Notes: generated by a model not told the origin, from the letters alone. Numbered from the stretch's first letter, positions 9,758 to 19,795 are shown. The stretch is DNA of 31,195 nt from Vicinamibacteria bacterium (GCA_963668695.2 CAXXLQ010000003.1:1-31195); one strand, 5' to 3'. Program-made: numbers and translations.

Positions 9758-10744
9758 TCACCGCGGCACACCGGGCCACAGCACTTCGGTCCGGTGGATC
9801 GCCTCCCCTACATCGGTCTCCACCAGAATGGTGTGTTGCCCCGGCTCAAAACCCGGCGGTGGGCGGAAGCGCAAGGATAGGCGTGCGGCGATCGCGCTCC
9901 CAAGCGCCGCGATCTCCCGCTGGATGGCTTCGGGGTCGCCGTTCGTCGAGATGACTCCCCCGCCGGTCGCGTTTCCGAGATCGACAAGGCCCTGGAAGGG
10001 GTTCACACTCCGCATGCCCCCAAGGTCGAGTTCTTCGACCTGCACGAAGCGCCCCTCGTAGTGCCAACGGAGCGCGAAACCGTCGTCATTGACGAGGTCG
10101 TATGCGCCGCGCAGTCGGCCTCCCCCCCGTGCCGCCGCCGGAGCGGTAACGGCGAGCACCATCGGAGCGATGCCGCGGGTCGCGATCAGTGGCCACACCT
10201 CGTCAGTCCAGCTTGCCCCGTCCTGCCCGTCGGTAAACAGGACAAGAACGGGACGGCCCGCAGCATCCGCCAACAGACCGAGAGCCACCATCAAAGCGTT
10301 GTTCAGGGCTGCCGGACCACCGCTGACCAGTTTGGAGACTGCCTCCGCCGCCTCGGTGCAGGTGCCGTCCCATCCCGCATGCTGGATGACGGTTCTCGTG
10401 AAGGCGATCACCGCGCAGCGGTCCTTGTCACCGAGCCCCGAAAGGAACTCTTGGAACCCGGTGATGACAGCCTCCAGCCGGTCGCCCGAGACGGAACTGC
10501 TGAGATCCAGCACCGCCGCAACCGCGAGCGGCTCGTCGGGGGACCACTCGAAGGACGCCGACTCGCCGTCCACCAGGAGTCGGAGCGGCCGCGGATCGTG
10601 AAGCGACATGACCTCGCCGTCCCGATGTGCGTAGACCTCGATCCTCACTTCGTCCCCGGCCCCGAACACCTCCTGCGCTCCGACCGCTATCGGGAACGCC
10701 AGGAGTACGGCACCGAGCGCGATCGAGCGTCCGGAGCGCCTCAA
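9758..10744 (-). CDS. Secreted VWA-domain protein
   Basis: Signal peptide; MIDAS-like DLSSS; VLVLFTDGQD; ATGG. Confidence 0.8.
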   Translation of the reverse strand: MRRSGRSIALGAVLLAFPIAVGAQEVFGAGDEVRIEVYAHRDGEVMSLHDPRPLRLLVDGESASFEWSPDEPLAVAAVLDLSSSVSGDRLEAVITGFQEFLSGLGDKDRCAVIAFTRTVIQHAGWDGTCTEAAEAVSKLVSGGPAALNNALMVALGLLADAAGRPVLVLFTDGQDGASWTDEVWPLIATRGIAPMVLAVTAPAAARGGGRLRGAYDLVNDDGFALRWHYEGRFVQVEELDLGGMRSVNPFQGLVDLGNATGGGVISTNGDPEAIQREIAALGSAIAARLSLRFRPPPGFEPGQHTILVETDVGEAIHRTEVLWPGVPR

Positions 10745-11778
10745 GGTGGCTCCCCTTCAGTCGACTGTCCCTGAGCTTCCGCCCTGAGGGATTCGAAGGC
10801 CTCGTCCAAATCGCGCGCCGGACCGAGCCAGAACTGCCACTCGGGCTCCCAGCCCACCGCGCGGCGGTCGAGAAGGGTTTTCGCGGCCTCCGCAGCACCG
10901 ACATGGTCGCGAAGCGCCATGCGCGCGGCAATGAGGCCGGAGGCCGCCGCCGGCGAGGTGCGGGCGCGCCGCAGCGCGCCGACGAACTCGTGTTCGGCGG
11001 CCACAAAGTCGCCGTTGTTCAGGGCAGTTTCGCCACGCACCAGATGCACCACGGCGCGAAGCAGCGGCCGCATGCGCGCCCCCTCCAGCCGCGCGAGCTC
11101 GGCCGCCGCTTCCTCCTCTCGACCGAGCCGCACGAGAATACTCGCCAGCCGAACCCGAAGTTCCGCGTCGTCTGGCGTCTCGCGCAGGACATCGCGAAGC
11201 ACATCCCCGGCGCGCGCGGTCAGGCGTTCCTCCCCTCGCAGCCGCCCTCCCATATGGAGCACCCGGGCGAGAGCCACCTGCAGATCACGATCACCCGGCA
11301 GTAGTCCGAGAGCTGAGTCCAGGAACCTTTCCGCGGCCAGCGGGTTGATCGCGTGATGGTAGGAGTAGGCAACGGCCAGCGACCAGCGGCGCAGCCAGCT
11401 CTCGCGGGAAGCTGGATCGGGGATCGCGAGGTTCAGTTTCGTCGCAAGCGCCAGATGCGCCTCCCCGCCGCTGCCGAGTCCGAGAGCCGCCTCGGTGTGG
11501 AGAAGCGCGGCGCGCTTGATTGCAGCGGCCGGCGGGGGTTCCCGGAGAAAATCCGCGACCACGAGTCCCAAAGACTCCGGGCGATACCGGGCGAGTTCCC
11601 GCCCCAGGGCCCCGAGCGGTCCACGCTGCGCCTCCTCGATCAACCCACGGTATTCCTCGAGGGTCAGATACCGCTGCGCGAAGGCGGGTACCGAGAGGAG
11701 GAAGCCGGCGCCGCAAAGAAGGAGACACCATCGCGTCCACTTGGTCCTGGCCATCCCGCACGCCTCCCGCACCGGCAA
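10741..11778 (-). CDS. Secreted tetratricopeptide-repeat-like protein
   Basis: Signal peptide (..VPAFAQ) and helical TPR-like repeats; 4-bp overlap with the VWA gene. The start may be ATG 11754. Confidence 0.7.
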   Translation of the reverse strand: MPVREACGMARTKWTRWCLLLCGAGFLLSVPAFAQRYLTLEEYRGLIEEAQRGPLGALGRELARYRPESLGLVVADFLREPPPAAAIKRAALLHTEAALGLGSGGEAHLALATKLNLAIPDPASRESWLRRWSLAVAYSYHHAINPLAAERFLDSALGLLPGDRDLQVALARVLHMGGRLRGEERLTARAGDVLRDVLRETPDDAELRVRLASILVRLGREEEAAAELARLEGARMRPLLRAVVHLVRGETALNNGDFVAAEHEFVGALRRARTSPAAASGLIAARMALRDHVGAAEAAKTLLDRRAVGWEPEWQFWLGPARDLDEAFESLRAEAQGQSTEGEPP

Positions 11779-11909
11779 CTAGATCCTAGCCATCCGGTTC
11801 CTGGCGGGCGTGCCCTAGCCGGCGCGCAGTTGGAGGAGCAGACGCGCGCCGCGACCCCGCGCCCGAACGTATCCCCGCAGAGTCAGCCGGACCGCGTCAG
11901 TTCGCGGGG

Positions 11910-12131
11910 TCAGTTCGCGGGGATCTTGTCGAGAATCTCGGCGTTCTCGGGAAAGCGGCCGGTGTCGTACTTGGAGTAGATCAGTTCGCTGTCCACCTTC
12001 ACGTCGAAGATGCCCTTGCCGCCTTCGATGAGTTCGGGCTCGATGCCCCGAGCCTCCCGGATTGCCGCCGCCAGACTGGAGGCGCTAGGGAGGTAATTTC
12101 AAACGACGCAGTAGGTGATCGAGATCTTCAT
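11910..12131 (-). CDS. Rdx-family (SelW/SelT/SelH-like) selenoprotein, 73 aa, Sec at codon 11
   Basis: MKISITYCVV-UGA-NYLPSASSLAAAIREARGIEPELIEGGKGIFDVKVDSELIYSKYDTGRFPENAEILDKIPAN; CxxU, G-x-F-D/E-V and SK...GRFP Rdx motifs continue in frame past the TGA at 12099..12101. Confidence 0.92.
12066..12084 (-). promoter_or_regulatory. Bacterial SECIS-like hairpin
   Basis: CGCC-U-CCA-[GUC]-UGG-C-GGCG; the apical loop starts with GU, 22 nt after the UGA. Confidence 0.65.
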
Positions 12132-12200
12132 GAGAGGCTCACAACTCCGCGGGAAAGGCGCCGGAACGCAACATCCGACAGGGTGGGGGGGAAGCGATGA

Positions 12201-12278
12201 TGGCGGGGCCGACGGGACTCGAACCCGCGACCTCCGGCGTGACAGGCCGGCGTTCTGGACCAACTGAACTACGACCCC
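12201..12278 (-). tRNA. tRNA-Asp(GTC)
   Basis: GGGGTCG acceptor stem, anticodon arm CCGGC-CTGTCAC-GCCGG, GGTTCGAGTCC T-arm, encoded CCA. Confidence 0.97.
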
Positions 12279-12303
12279 ATCTCTCGCAAGAGCGCGGATA
12301 TTA

Positions 12304-12510
12304 GCAGCCCGTAGACAGGGTGAGCCGGCATTAGACCGCGGATCCACTCCGGCTGACCGTTCCACTGGGCGTTGCGATCCGGTCGGAATACGCTCGGGAT
12401 ACCTCCCGAATCGCGCCTTGTCAGCCGGGCCCCCACCGGGAGAACTGGCCCCACCGGGAGAACTGGGCCTCCCCACTCTCGATGCTCGCCTCACTCTGCC
12501 CACGGGCCGT
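12304..12510 (-). mobile_element. MITE copy 3 (diverged monomer) with a tandem pair of 16-nt units
   Basis: TA-flanked GCAGCCCGT...ACGGGCCGT ends; retains CCCGGCTGACAAGGCGCG, GTATTCCGACC and GCAACG; shares a TA with copy 4. Confidence 0.75.
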
Positions 12511-12512
12511 TA

Positions 12513-12972
12513 GCAGCCTGTGGTGAAACCCAGCCGGCCCAGTTCTCCCGGTGGGGGCTCGGCCGGCGATCCATCCCGGCCAAACAGCCGGTAATGAAAC
12601 CCGCGCGGCCCAGTTCTCCCGGTGGGGGCTCGGCCGGCGATCCATCCCGGCTGAACCGCGTCGCTTCGCGGCTCATCGTTGCGTTTCGGTCGAAATACAC
12701 CCGGGCCAGTTCTCCCGGTGGGGGCTCCTCCCTCACGCGCCTTGTCAGCCGGGCGTCTCGCCCCCACCGGGAGAACTGGGCCTCGGCGCTCACCCGGGAG
12801 GCTGTTCACCGCGTCGCTTCGCGCCGCTCATCGTTGCGTTTCGGTCGAAATACACCCGGGCCAGTTCTCCCGGTGGGGGCTCCTCCCTCACACGCCTTGT
12901 CAGCCGGGCGCCTCGCCCCCACCGGGAGAACTGGCCAGCCTCGGCGCTCGCTCGGGTTCCACCACGGGCCGT
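12513..12972 (-). mobile_element. MITE copy 4 (nested composite like copy 1) carrying six 16-nt units
   Basis: Reverse complement has the same architecture as 3068..3431; TA-flanked; units at 12540, 12611, 12707, 12763, 12862 and 12918. Confidence 0.85.
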
Positions 12973-13070
12973 TAGCAGTCTCCCGCCCGCCCGGAACAGA
13001 CCGCTTCCGCCTCCGGGGATCCCGTTCGCTCCGGGGCCAGGCTCTATGGTATTCTTACGGGTCGCGCGCC

Positions 13071-13349
13071 ATGCGGTTGACCAAGAGCCAGGTCCAATTC
13101 TTGGGCTACCGGATTACCGACGACCTGCAGGTCGCCGGCTATATCGATCCGGAAGATCCGAACGCCCTGATGGATACGATCGTGGAACTCATTACCGAAG
13201 ATCTGCACCACGAAGACGATCTCAACGAAGAGGTTCGCAAACTTCTCGACGGTTACGGCGAGGAGATCCGCACCGGCGGCGTCGAGTACCGAGAAATGTT
13301 CAAGCTGGTCAAGAAACGGCTCGCCCGCGAGCAGGGGATGATCCTCTAG
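13071..13349 (+). CDS. DUF507-family protein
   Basis: MRLTKSQVQ...EDDLNEEVRKLL...YREMFKLVKKRLAREQGMIL. Confidence 0.85.
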   Translation: MRLTKSQVQFLGYRITDDLQVAGYIDPEDPNALMDTIVELITEDLHHEDDLNEEVRKLLDGYGEEIRTGGVEYREMFKLVKKRLAREQGMIL

Positions 13350-13389
13350 GGATGCCGCGGACGCCCGCTGCCTTGCCGAAGACCCAGCC

Positions 13390-13695
13390 ATGCGCCTGAC
13401 CAACGGAAAAATCAATCACCTCGCGAACCAGATCATGGATCTGCTCCGCGGCGATGAGTCGGTCGAGTTTTTTGCCGCGGACAACGAGATCCGCCGCATG
13501 ATCATGCGGATCATCAACGCCGAACTCGAAGACGACGAGCGCATCGACCAGATCGTGCGCCGCAAGATCGATAGCCAGAGCCGGACCGTGCAGCAGGGCA
13601 CCGAGACCTGGGACATCCTCTATCGCCGTTACTACGACGAGGAGATGATCAAGACCCGGCGGGTGATCCCCGGCCAGGAACGCGCTACGGAATAA
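13390..13695 (+). CDS. DUF507-family protein (second of the pair)
   Basis: MRLTNGKINHLA...IDQIVRRKIDSQSR...WDILYRRYYDEEM. Confidence 0.85.
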   Translation: MRLTNGKINHLANQIMDLLRGDESVEFFAADNEIRRMIMRIINAELEDDERIDQIVRRKIDSQSRTVQQGTETWDILYRRYYDEEMIKTRRVIPGQERATE

Positions 13696-13699
13696 CGCT

Positions 13700-13809
13700 G
13701 GGAACGCCGGCCTTCAGGCCCCCACCGGAAGAACCGGCCGGCAGCGCGGCCCGCCGGCAAGGAACGCCGGTGTTCACACCGGCATCGCGGCCGCAGGCCG
13801 CGAAACGCG
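13700..13809 (+). repeat. Two REP-like repeats; the first carries a variant 16-nt unit
   Basis: GGGAACGCCGGCCTTCAGGCC[insert]GGCAGCGCGGCC and GGAACGCCGGTGTTCACACCGGCATCGCGGCC..GGCCGCGAAACGCG; homologous to 4809..4879. Confidence 0.7.
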
Positions 13810-13890
13810 CACCGCCAGGCCCTTCCGTCGCCCGTCAACGGGAGAGCTTCCGACGCTGACCGCAGCTCGCCACGGAGCAATATCCGGCGA

Positions 13891-13920
13891 TTGACACAAA
13901 TACGCTGACCAGTAGATATT
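13891..13920 (+). promoter_or_regulatory. Putative sigma70 promoter of the AbiE-like operon
   Basis: Perfect TTGACA, 18-nt spacer, GATATT, in an AT-rich patch. Confidence 0.45.
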
Positions 13921-13980
13921 GCTATTTATCCGTATGTCGGCTATTATTGCATTATCCGCTGCGCAGCGAATAATGACTTC

Positions 13981-15075
13981 ATGCCGATCACACCCACCAC
14001 CTCAAAACCGGAACTGATAGACCAATTCCTGACGGCCCTCCACGCCGTACCGGGGGTGCACGCCAAGTGCCAAACGGACGTACTCATCGCGCCAGGGCGA
14101 CGATGTGACGCGTGGATCGATCTGTCGGCGGCGGACAAGGCGGCCAGCCTCATCGTTGAAGCAAAGAGGAACTTCTACCCGCGCGACATCCGCCAGGTTC
14201 TCTGGCAACTCAGAGAGCTCGTCCACAGAGCGGGATCGAAGCTGAAGGCTCCGGAACCGGTACCGGTTGTGGTCGCCGAAGCGATTTCTCCGGGCGCAAA
14301 GGAGCTCTTGAGAAAGGAGCGCGTGGGCTACTACGACAGCGGAGGGAGCCTTTTCCTCCCGGCCCCGAACATCTACGTGTATGTGGACAAACCACCACCC
14401 AGAACGTTCGCGAGATCCATACGATCCCTGTTTTCTGGTCGGCGCGCTCAGGTGCTGCACGCGCTCCTCTTGCGGCACGAGCACTGGTTCGGAGTCGGCG
14501 CGCTAGCCGAACTAGCCAGCGCATCACCAGCCACCGTTTCCGAGGTACTGATCGAACTGGAGCGATTCGACTGGATGGAGGCACGAGGTCGAGGTCCGAA
14601 GAAGGAACGCCGGTTAGCCAAACCCGATGTGCTGCTCGATGAATGGGCAAGGCATCTCGCCGTGACCCGGCGTCCGGCAATTCGGCGCTACTACGTTCCC
14701 CGGGTCGATGCTGCCGAACTCGTGGGAATGGCCGCCGCCGCCTTGGGCGCGCACGGCGTCGAGTACGCGATCACCGGCGAGGCCGCGGGTCAGCACTATG
14801 CGCCTTTCTTGTCGCACCTATCCCGGGTGCACTGCAGGGTCCCGATGGGTCCCGCTGTTGAAGATACCCTCGGCAAGTTGGGGGCGCGTGATGTGGACGA
14901 AGGAACCAACCTGGTCGTCATCGAATCCCGCTTGCCAGGCGAGTTGTCGTTCCGCGAGCTCGCGAACGGGATCTGGTTCGCCAGCCCGGTTCAGGTCTAT
15001 CTCGACCTGTTGCGCACGGAAGGACGCGCCAAGGAACTGGCGCAGCACCTGCGCGCGGAAAGGATCGGTTTCTGA
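13981..15075 (+). CDS. Type IV TA AbiEi-family antitoxin (AbiEi_2-like transcriptional regulator)
   Basis: Central wHTH (VGALAELASASPATVSEVL), LLDEWA, YAITGEAA and C-terminal SPVQVYLDLL..GRAKELA. Confidence 0.8.
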   Translation: MPITPTTSKPELIDQFLTALHAVPGVHAKCQTDVLIAPGRRCDAWIDLSAADKAASLIVEAKRNFYPRDIRQVLWQLRELVHRAGSKLKAPEPVPVVVAEAISPGAKELLRKERVGYYDSGGSLFLPAPNIYVYVDKPPPRTFARSIRSLFSGRRAQVLHALLLRHEHWFGVGALAELASASPATVSEVLIELERFDWMEARGRGPKKERRLAKPDVLLDEWARHLAVTRRPAIRRYYVPRVDAAELVGMAAAALGAHGVEYAITGEAAGQHYAPFLSHLSRVHCRVPMGPAVEDTLGKLGARDVDEGTNLVVIESRLPGELSFRELANGIWFASPVQVYLDLLRTEGRAKELAQHLRAERIGF

Positions 15076-15956
15076 TGGAGAAACCTCAGACTCGCGCCGG
15101 CTATACCCTCAGGCAAACGCTGACGTGCGAACGCGCCCTCGTGACGCTACTCCGCGGACTGGGTCCGTGGAGGGATTCCATCTACCTGGTCGGCGGTCTC
15201 GCCGCTCGGTACTTGACACCCGCAGGACCGTCGCATGCGGGGACGCTCGATGTCGATGTCGTTGTTGACGTCCAACTACTGGTGGGAATCGACGCATACC
15301 GGTCATTCGAGGACAACCTTCGAAGGTCGGGGTTTGCACCCGTCGGGAAGGACGGGAACCCCGCGCCGTCTTCCTGGCGGTGGCAATACCGAAAGGAAGG
15401 CGGCGACACTATCGTGCTGGAACTGCTGACCGACGACCCCGAGAAGACTGGCGGCCAGGTTCAGGTCATACCAGGCGAGGGCGCCATCCAAGTTCTAAAC
15501 ATCCCACGCTCATCCATAGTCTTCGATCACTACCAAGTTCGCGAGATTAGGGCTGAACTTCTCGATGGCAACGGCATCGTCAGCGAGAGAGTGCGACACA
15601 CTGACTTGTTGGGATTCACCTGTCTCAAGGCATTGGCCGTCGATCAGCGATTCGAACGGAAGGACGCCTATGACCTGATCTACTGCATTGAGCATGCGAA
15701 CGGAGGGCTGAACGCGCTGTCCGAGCCGATTCGGAAGGCTCGTGAGGGCAAGCACGGCACGGCAGTCGAGGCAGCGCTACAAATCCTCCGCAAACACTTT
15801 GTGTCAGACGGAGAGACCGAGGGATATAAGAAGGATGGTCCGGTGGCCGTCTCCAAGTTCGAAAGAGGCGAAGGAGTCGACCAGCATGAAGCTCGAATCC
15901 GGCGTCAGCGCGGAGTGGCCGATCTGGTCGAAGACCTGCTAGCCAAAGTCGGTTAA
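15075..15956 (+). CDS. AbiEii-like nucleotidyltransferase (putative type IV toxin)
   Basis: YLVGGLA...HAGTLDVDV (GG/DxD) and LKALA...RKDAYDL motifs; TGATG translational coupling to the upstream gene. Confidence 0.75.
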   Translation: MEKPQTRAGYTLRQTLTCERALVTLLRGLGPWRDSIYLVGGLAARYLTPAGPSHAGTLDVDVVVDVQLLVGIDAYRSFEDNLRRSGFAPVGKDGNPAPSSWRWQYRKEGGDTIVLELLTDDPEKTGGQVQVIPGEGAIQVLNIPRSSIVFDHYQVREIRAELLDGNGIVSERVRHTDLLGFTCLKALAVDQRFERKDAYDLIYCIEHANGGLNALSEPIRKAREGKHGTAVEAALQILRKHFVSDGETEGYKKDGPVAVSKFERGEGVDQHEARIRRQRGVADLVEDLLAKVG

Positions 15957-16010
15957 TCCGCCTTCGACCCACCTCAGTTTGGCGGGTTCCGGGTAGCCCG
16001 TACGCGGGTT

Positions 16011-16036
16011 GAGGGGCCGGCTTGCGCCGGCCCCTC
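16011..16036. terminator. GC-rich hairpin between convergent genes, probable terminator
   Basis: GAGGGGCCGGC-TTGC-GCCGGCCCCTC, 11-bp perfect stem; no clear U tract. Confidence 0.55.
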
Positions 16037-16050
16037 GGGTGCGCGTCCCC

Positions 16051-16554
16051 TCAGTTGACGCTGACCTCGATCTGGCGCGGCTGCGCCGTCTCGAGCTTCG
16101 GCAGGACGACCCGCAAGACCCCGTCCTTGGTCTCCGCCCGGATGTTGGAGCTGTCCACGATCTCCGGCAGGTCGAAGGAGCGGTGGAATCTGCCGACCAC
16201 CCGCTCGCGGCGGAGCCAGGCCCCCGCGCCGTTCGCGTCACCGGCCTCGGGGCCGGTGCCGGTCTCGCGGACTTCCTCCCGCTTGCCCTCGAGGATCAGC
16301 CGGCCGTCGTGATAGCGAACCGAGATGTCCTCACGGGCGATGCCGGGAAGCTCTGCCTCGACCACGACCTCCGTATCGGATTCGCGGACGTCCACCGGCG
16401 GACTCCAGAGCGTCGCCCCGTTCGTTCTTCCGCTGGCAGGCTCCCCAAACCGGGCCTCGCCAAACTGGGCCTGGGCAAACCGAGCCGGAAGATCGGAGAA
16501 CGGATCGGCGAAGAGACGCTGAAACGAAGGGTTGAAGAGGGTCAGATGGGTCAT
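16051..16554 (-). CDS. Hsp20/alpha-crystallin small heat-shock protein
   Basis: WSPPVDVRE, AELPGI, RERVVGRFHRSFDLP, A..KDGVLRVVLPK. Confidence 0.95.
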   Translation of the reverse strand: MTHLTLFNPSFQRLFADPFSDLPARFAQAQFGEARFGEPASGRTNGATLWSPPVDVRESDTEVVVEAELPGIAREDISVRYHDGRLILEGKREEVRETGTGPEAGDANGAGAWLRRERVVGRFHRSFDLPEIVDSSNIRAETKDGVLRVVLPKLETAQPRQIEVSVN

Positions 16555-16641
16555 GCTGTTTTTTCCAGTATTTGTCTGGCTGGGAGCCGGATCAGGCCGC
16601 TCCCTACGCCCGCCAGACGAGTTTTCTCGGCTGACGGGAGG

Positions 16642-17866
<1,225 letters not shown>

Positions 17867-17913
17867 GCAGAACTGACCGGGAGACCGGGACGAGCCATTG
17901 GCCCACGACACCA

Positions 17914-18803
17914 GTCAATGGAACGCCGGTATCGCAATCGCGACCATACCGGCCGCAAAAACGATGATCCCATTGCGGATGGCGGCAAAGCTCACTGCAA
18001 GTGCGTTGGTCATGATCAGGGCGATTCGCTGATTCTGCTCTAGCAGCCTGTGGATAAAGTGGCGTGAGTGCCGAGGCTGGCCAGTTCTCCCGGTGGGGGC
18101 GAGGCGCCCGGCTGACAAGGCGCGCGAGGGAGGAATACCGGGTGTATTTCGACCGAAGCGCAACGATGAGGGCCGCGAAGCGGCACGTTTCAGCCGGGAT
18201 GCATCGCCCGCCGAACGCCGCGTGACTTTGTCCACAGGCTGCTAGGTAGAAGAGTCTTGTCGCGCGCAGTCCGACATCGTCAAGATGCAGATGATCCGGG
18301 GGCGCCGGCGCCCAGACCTTGCGAACATCGAGGACTTCGAAGGCGAAGAAGCCGCCTGAGATGAAATAGATCCACCCAAGGAGAATTGCGGCATATCCGA
18401 TTTGGCCCGACAATGCCGACGCTGGCCTCGCGACATGAGACGCCGGTTCCGAAAGGAGGCCAAACAGCGCGGTGGCGATGGCCGCGGCCAGCGAAATCGC
18501 CACCAAATTCGTCCGCGCCTTGGCTTCTATGGAGTTCCTACGCTCCCGCTCTCGATCCTCGAACTGCTCCAGAACCGGATCCGTGAGGCGCGAAGCAAGC
18601 TCGTGCCGGGTGGCAACAAGGGCGTGCATGTCGTCGTCACGAACCTGCGTTTCCTCCCTGATTTCCCGCCGTAGCGAGTAGTGGAGGATGGCTTGGGCCG
18701 TTACGGTGTGGAAGGTCCGGGCAAACCAGCGCCCGAGGCTTCGAAGCCGTTTCGCGATTCGTCCTCGCTCAGCCAAGCCGCGATTGCATGCGCAACATCC
18801 CAT
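17914..18803 (-). pseudogene. 3-TM membrane protein interrupted by a MITE
   Basis: Removing 18043..18244 restores the frame ...ATRLFYL-EQNQRIALIMTNALAVSFAAIRNGIIVFAAGMVAIAIPAFH*; three hydrophobic segments; start uncertain. Confidence 0.75.
18043..18242 (+). mobile_element. MITE copy 5 (monomer) with one 16-nt unit, inserted in a CDS
   Basis: GCAGCCTGTGGATAAAGT...ACTTTGTCCACAGGCTGC flanked by duplicated TA (in CTAG context). Confidence 0.9.
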
Positions 18804-19360
18804 CCGAGGGACTCAGCGAGCCACGCCCACTCGCCCACCGGATTAACTTCCAGATAGACGTAGTCCTCACCAACCTGCGCCAGATCAATTGCCGCGAAGG
18901 ATAGGTGGAGGCGTCGCGCCAAGCCGACGCATTGTTCTCTGACCTCGTCTGGGAGAGGGTGCTCGGTGTAAACGACGTGATCGTGCAGGATTCTCCAGTC
19001 GCCGTCGATCGGACCATCCCGATCCGTGATTGCGGCCGCCCACACACGATCTCCGACGATCGTCACTCTCACATCCGTCTTCGGGCGAATCTGCTCTTGG
19101 ACGATGGTCGGCAGTTGGGACAAATCCGAGGTTTGTAGTGCTCCGGCGTCAAGTAGTTGAGTGAAGCAGAAGTACTGATGGTCCTCTTGGCGCCAAAGAA
19201 CGGTGTCAAGGCCCTTTAGAGCAAATCCTGCTCCTTCGGGCAGATACCGAAGCGCCGCTCGGGCCGAGTTGGTTACTACTGTGGACGGAATCCGAAAACC
19301 GATGTCCACCGCCGTGCGGAGTTGCACCATCTTGTTTTCGGCGAGGAAGTCCGTCCGGGA
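18701..19360 (-). pseudogene. N-terminally truncated RimK/MvdC-MvdD-like ATP-grasp ligase
   Basis: AENKMVQLRTAVDIGFRIPSTVVTN, IVQEQIRPKTDVRVTIVG, DWR, FAAIDL, LEVNPVGEWAWL; the usual N-terminal domain is absent and the ORF runs into MITE sequence. Confidence 0.75.
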
Positions 19361-19467
19361 ATGGCACCCGGTTCTCTCTTCGTCCGGCCAGGCGGCGAGC
19401 CGCCCGACCGAAAACCTGAAGCCGCGTGTGGGGCCGGGCACCATACCACCGGGCCCGGCGAAGGGGA

Positions 19468-19778
19468 ACAGCCCGTGGTGGAACCCACGTGAGCGCCGAG
19501 GCCGGGAAGGCGCCCGGCTGACAAGGCGCGTGAGGGAGGAATACCGGGTGTATGCCGACCGAAACGCAACGATGAGCGGCGCGCAGCGACGCGGTGAACA
19601 GCCGGTGGTGGAACCCACGTGAGCGCCGAGGCCGAGAAGGCGCCCGGCTGACAAGGCGCGTGAGGGAGGAATACCGGGTGTATGCCGACCGAAACGCAAC
19701 GATGAGCGGCGCGACGCGACGCGGTTCAGCCGGGATGGATCGCCGGCCGAACGCCACGTGGGTTTCATCACCGGCTGT
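19468..19778 (+). mobile_element. MITE copy 6 (partial outer plus complete inner monomer), no 16-nt units
   Basis: Near-identical to 3068..3378; TA only on the right side. Confidence 0.85.
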
Positions 19779-19795
19779 TACGGTTTTGCCCCGCC

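Noticed and set aside
12430-12935. CRISPR array suggested by recurring short repeats
   Set aside because: Repeats are 16 nt, in mixed orientation and irregularly spaced; intervening DNA is MITE sequence, not unique spacers; no cas genes.
12099-13070. ORFs with repeated QFSRWG/PHRENW/PTGRTG peptides
   Set aside because: Translations of MITE, unit and tRNA DNA; no evidence of coding.
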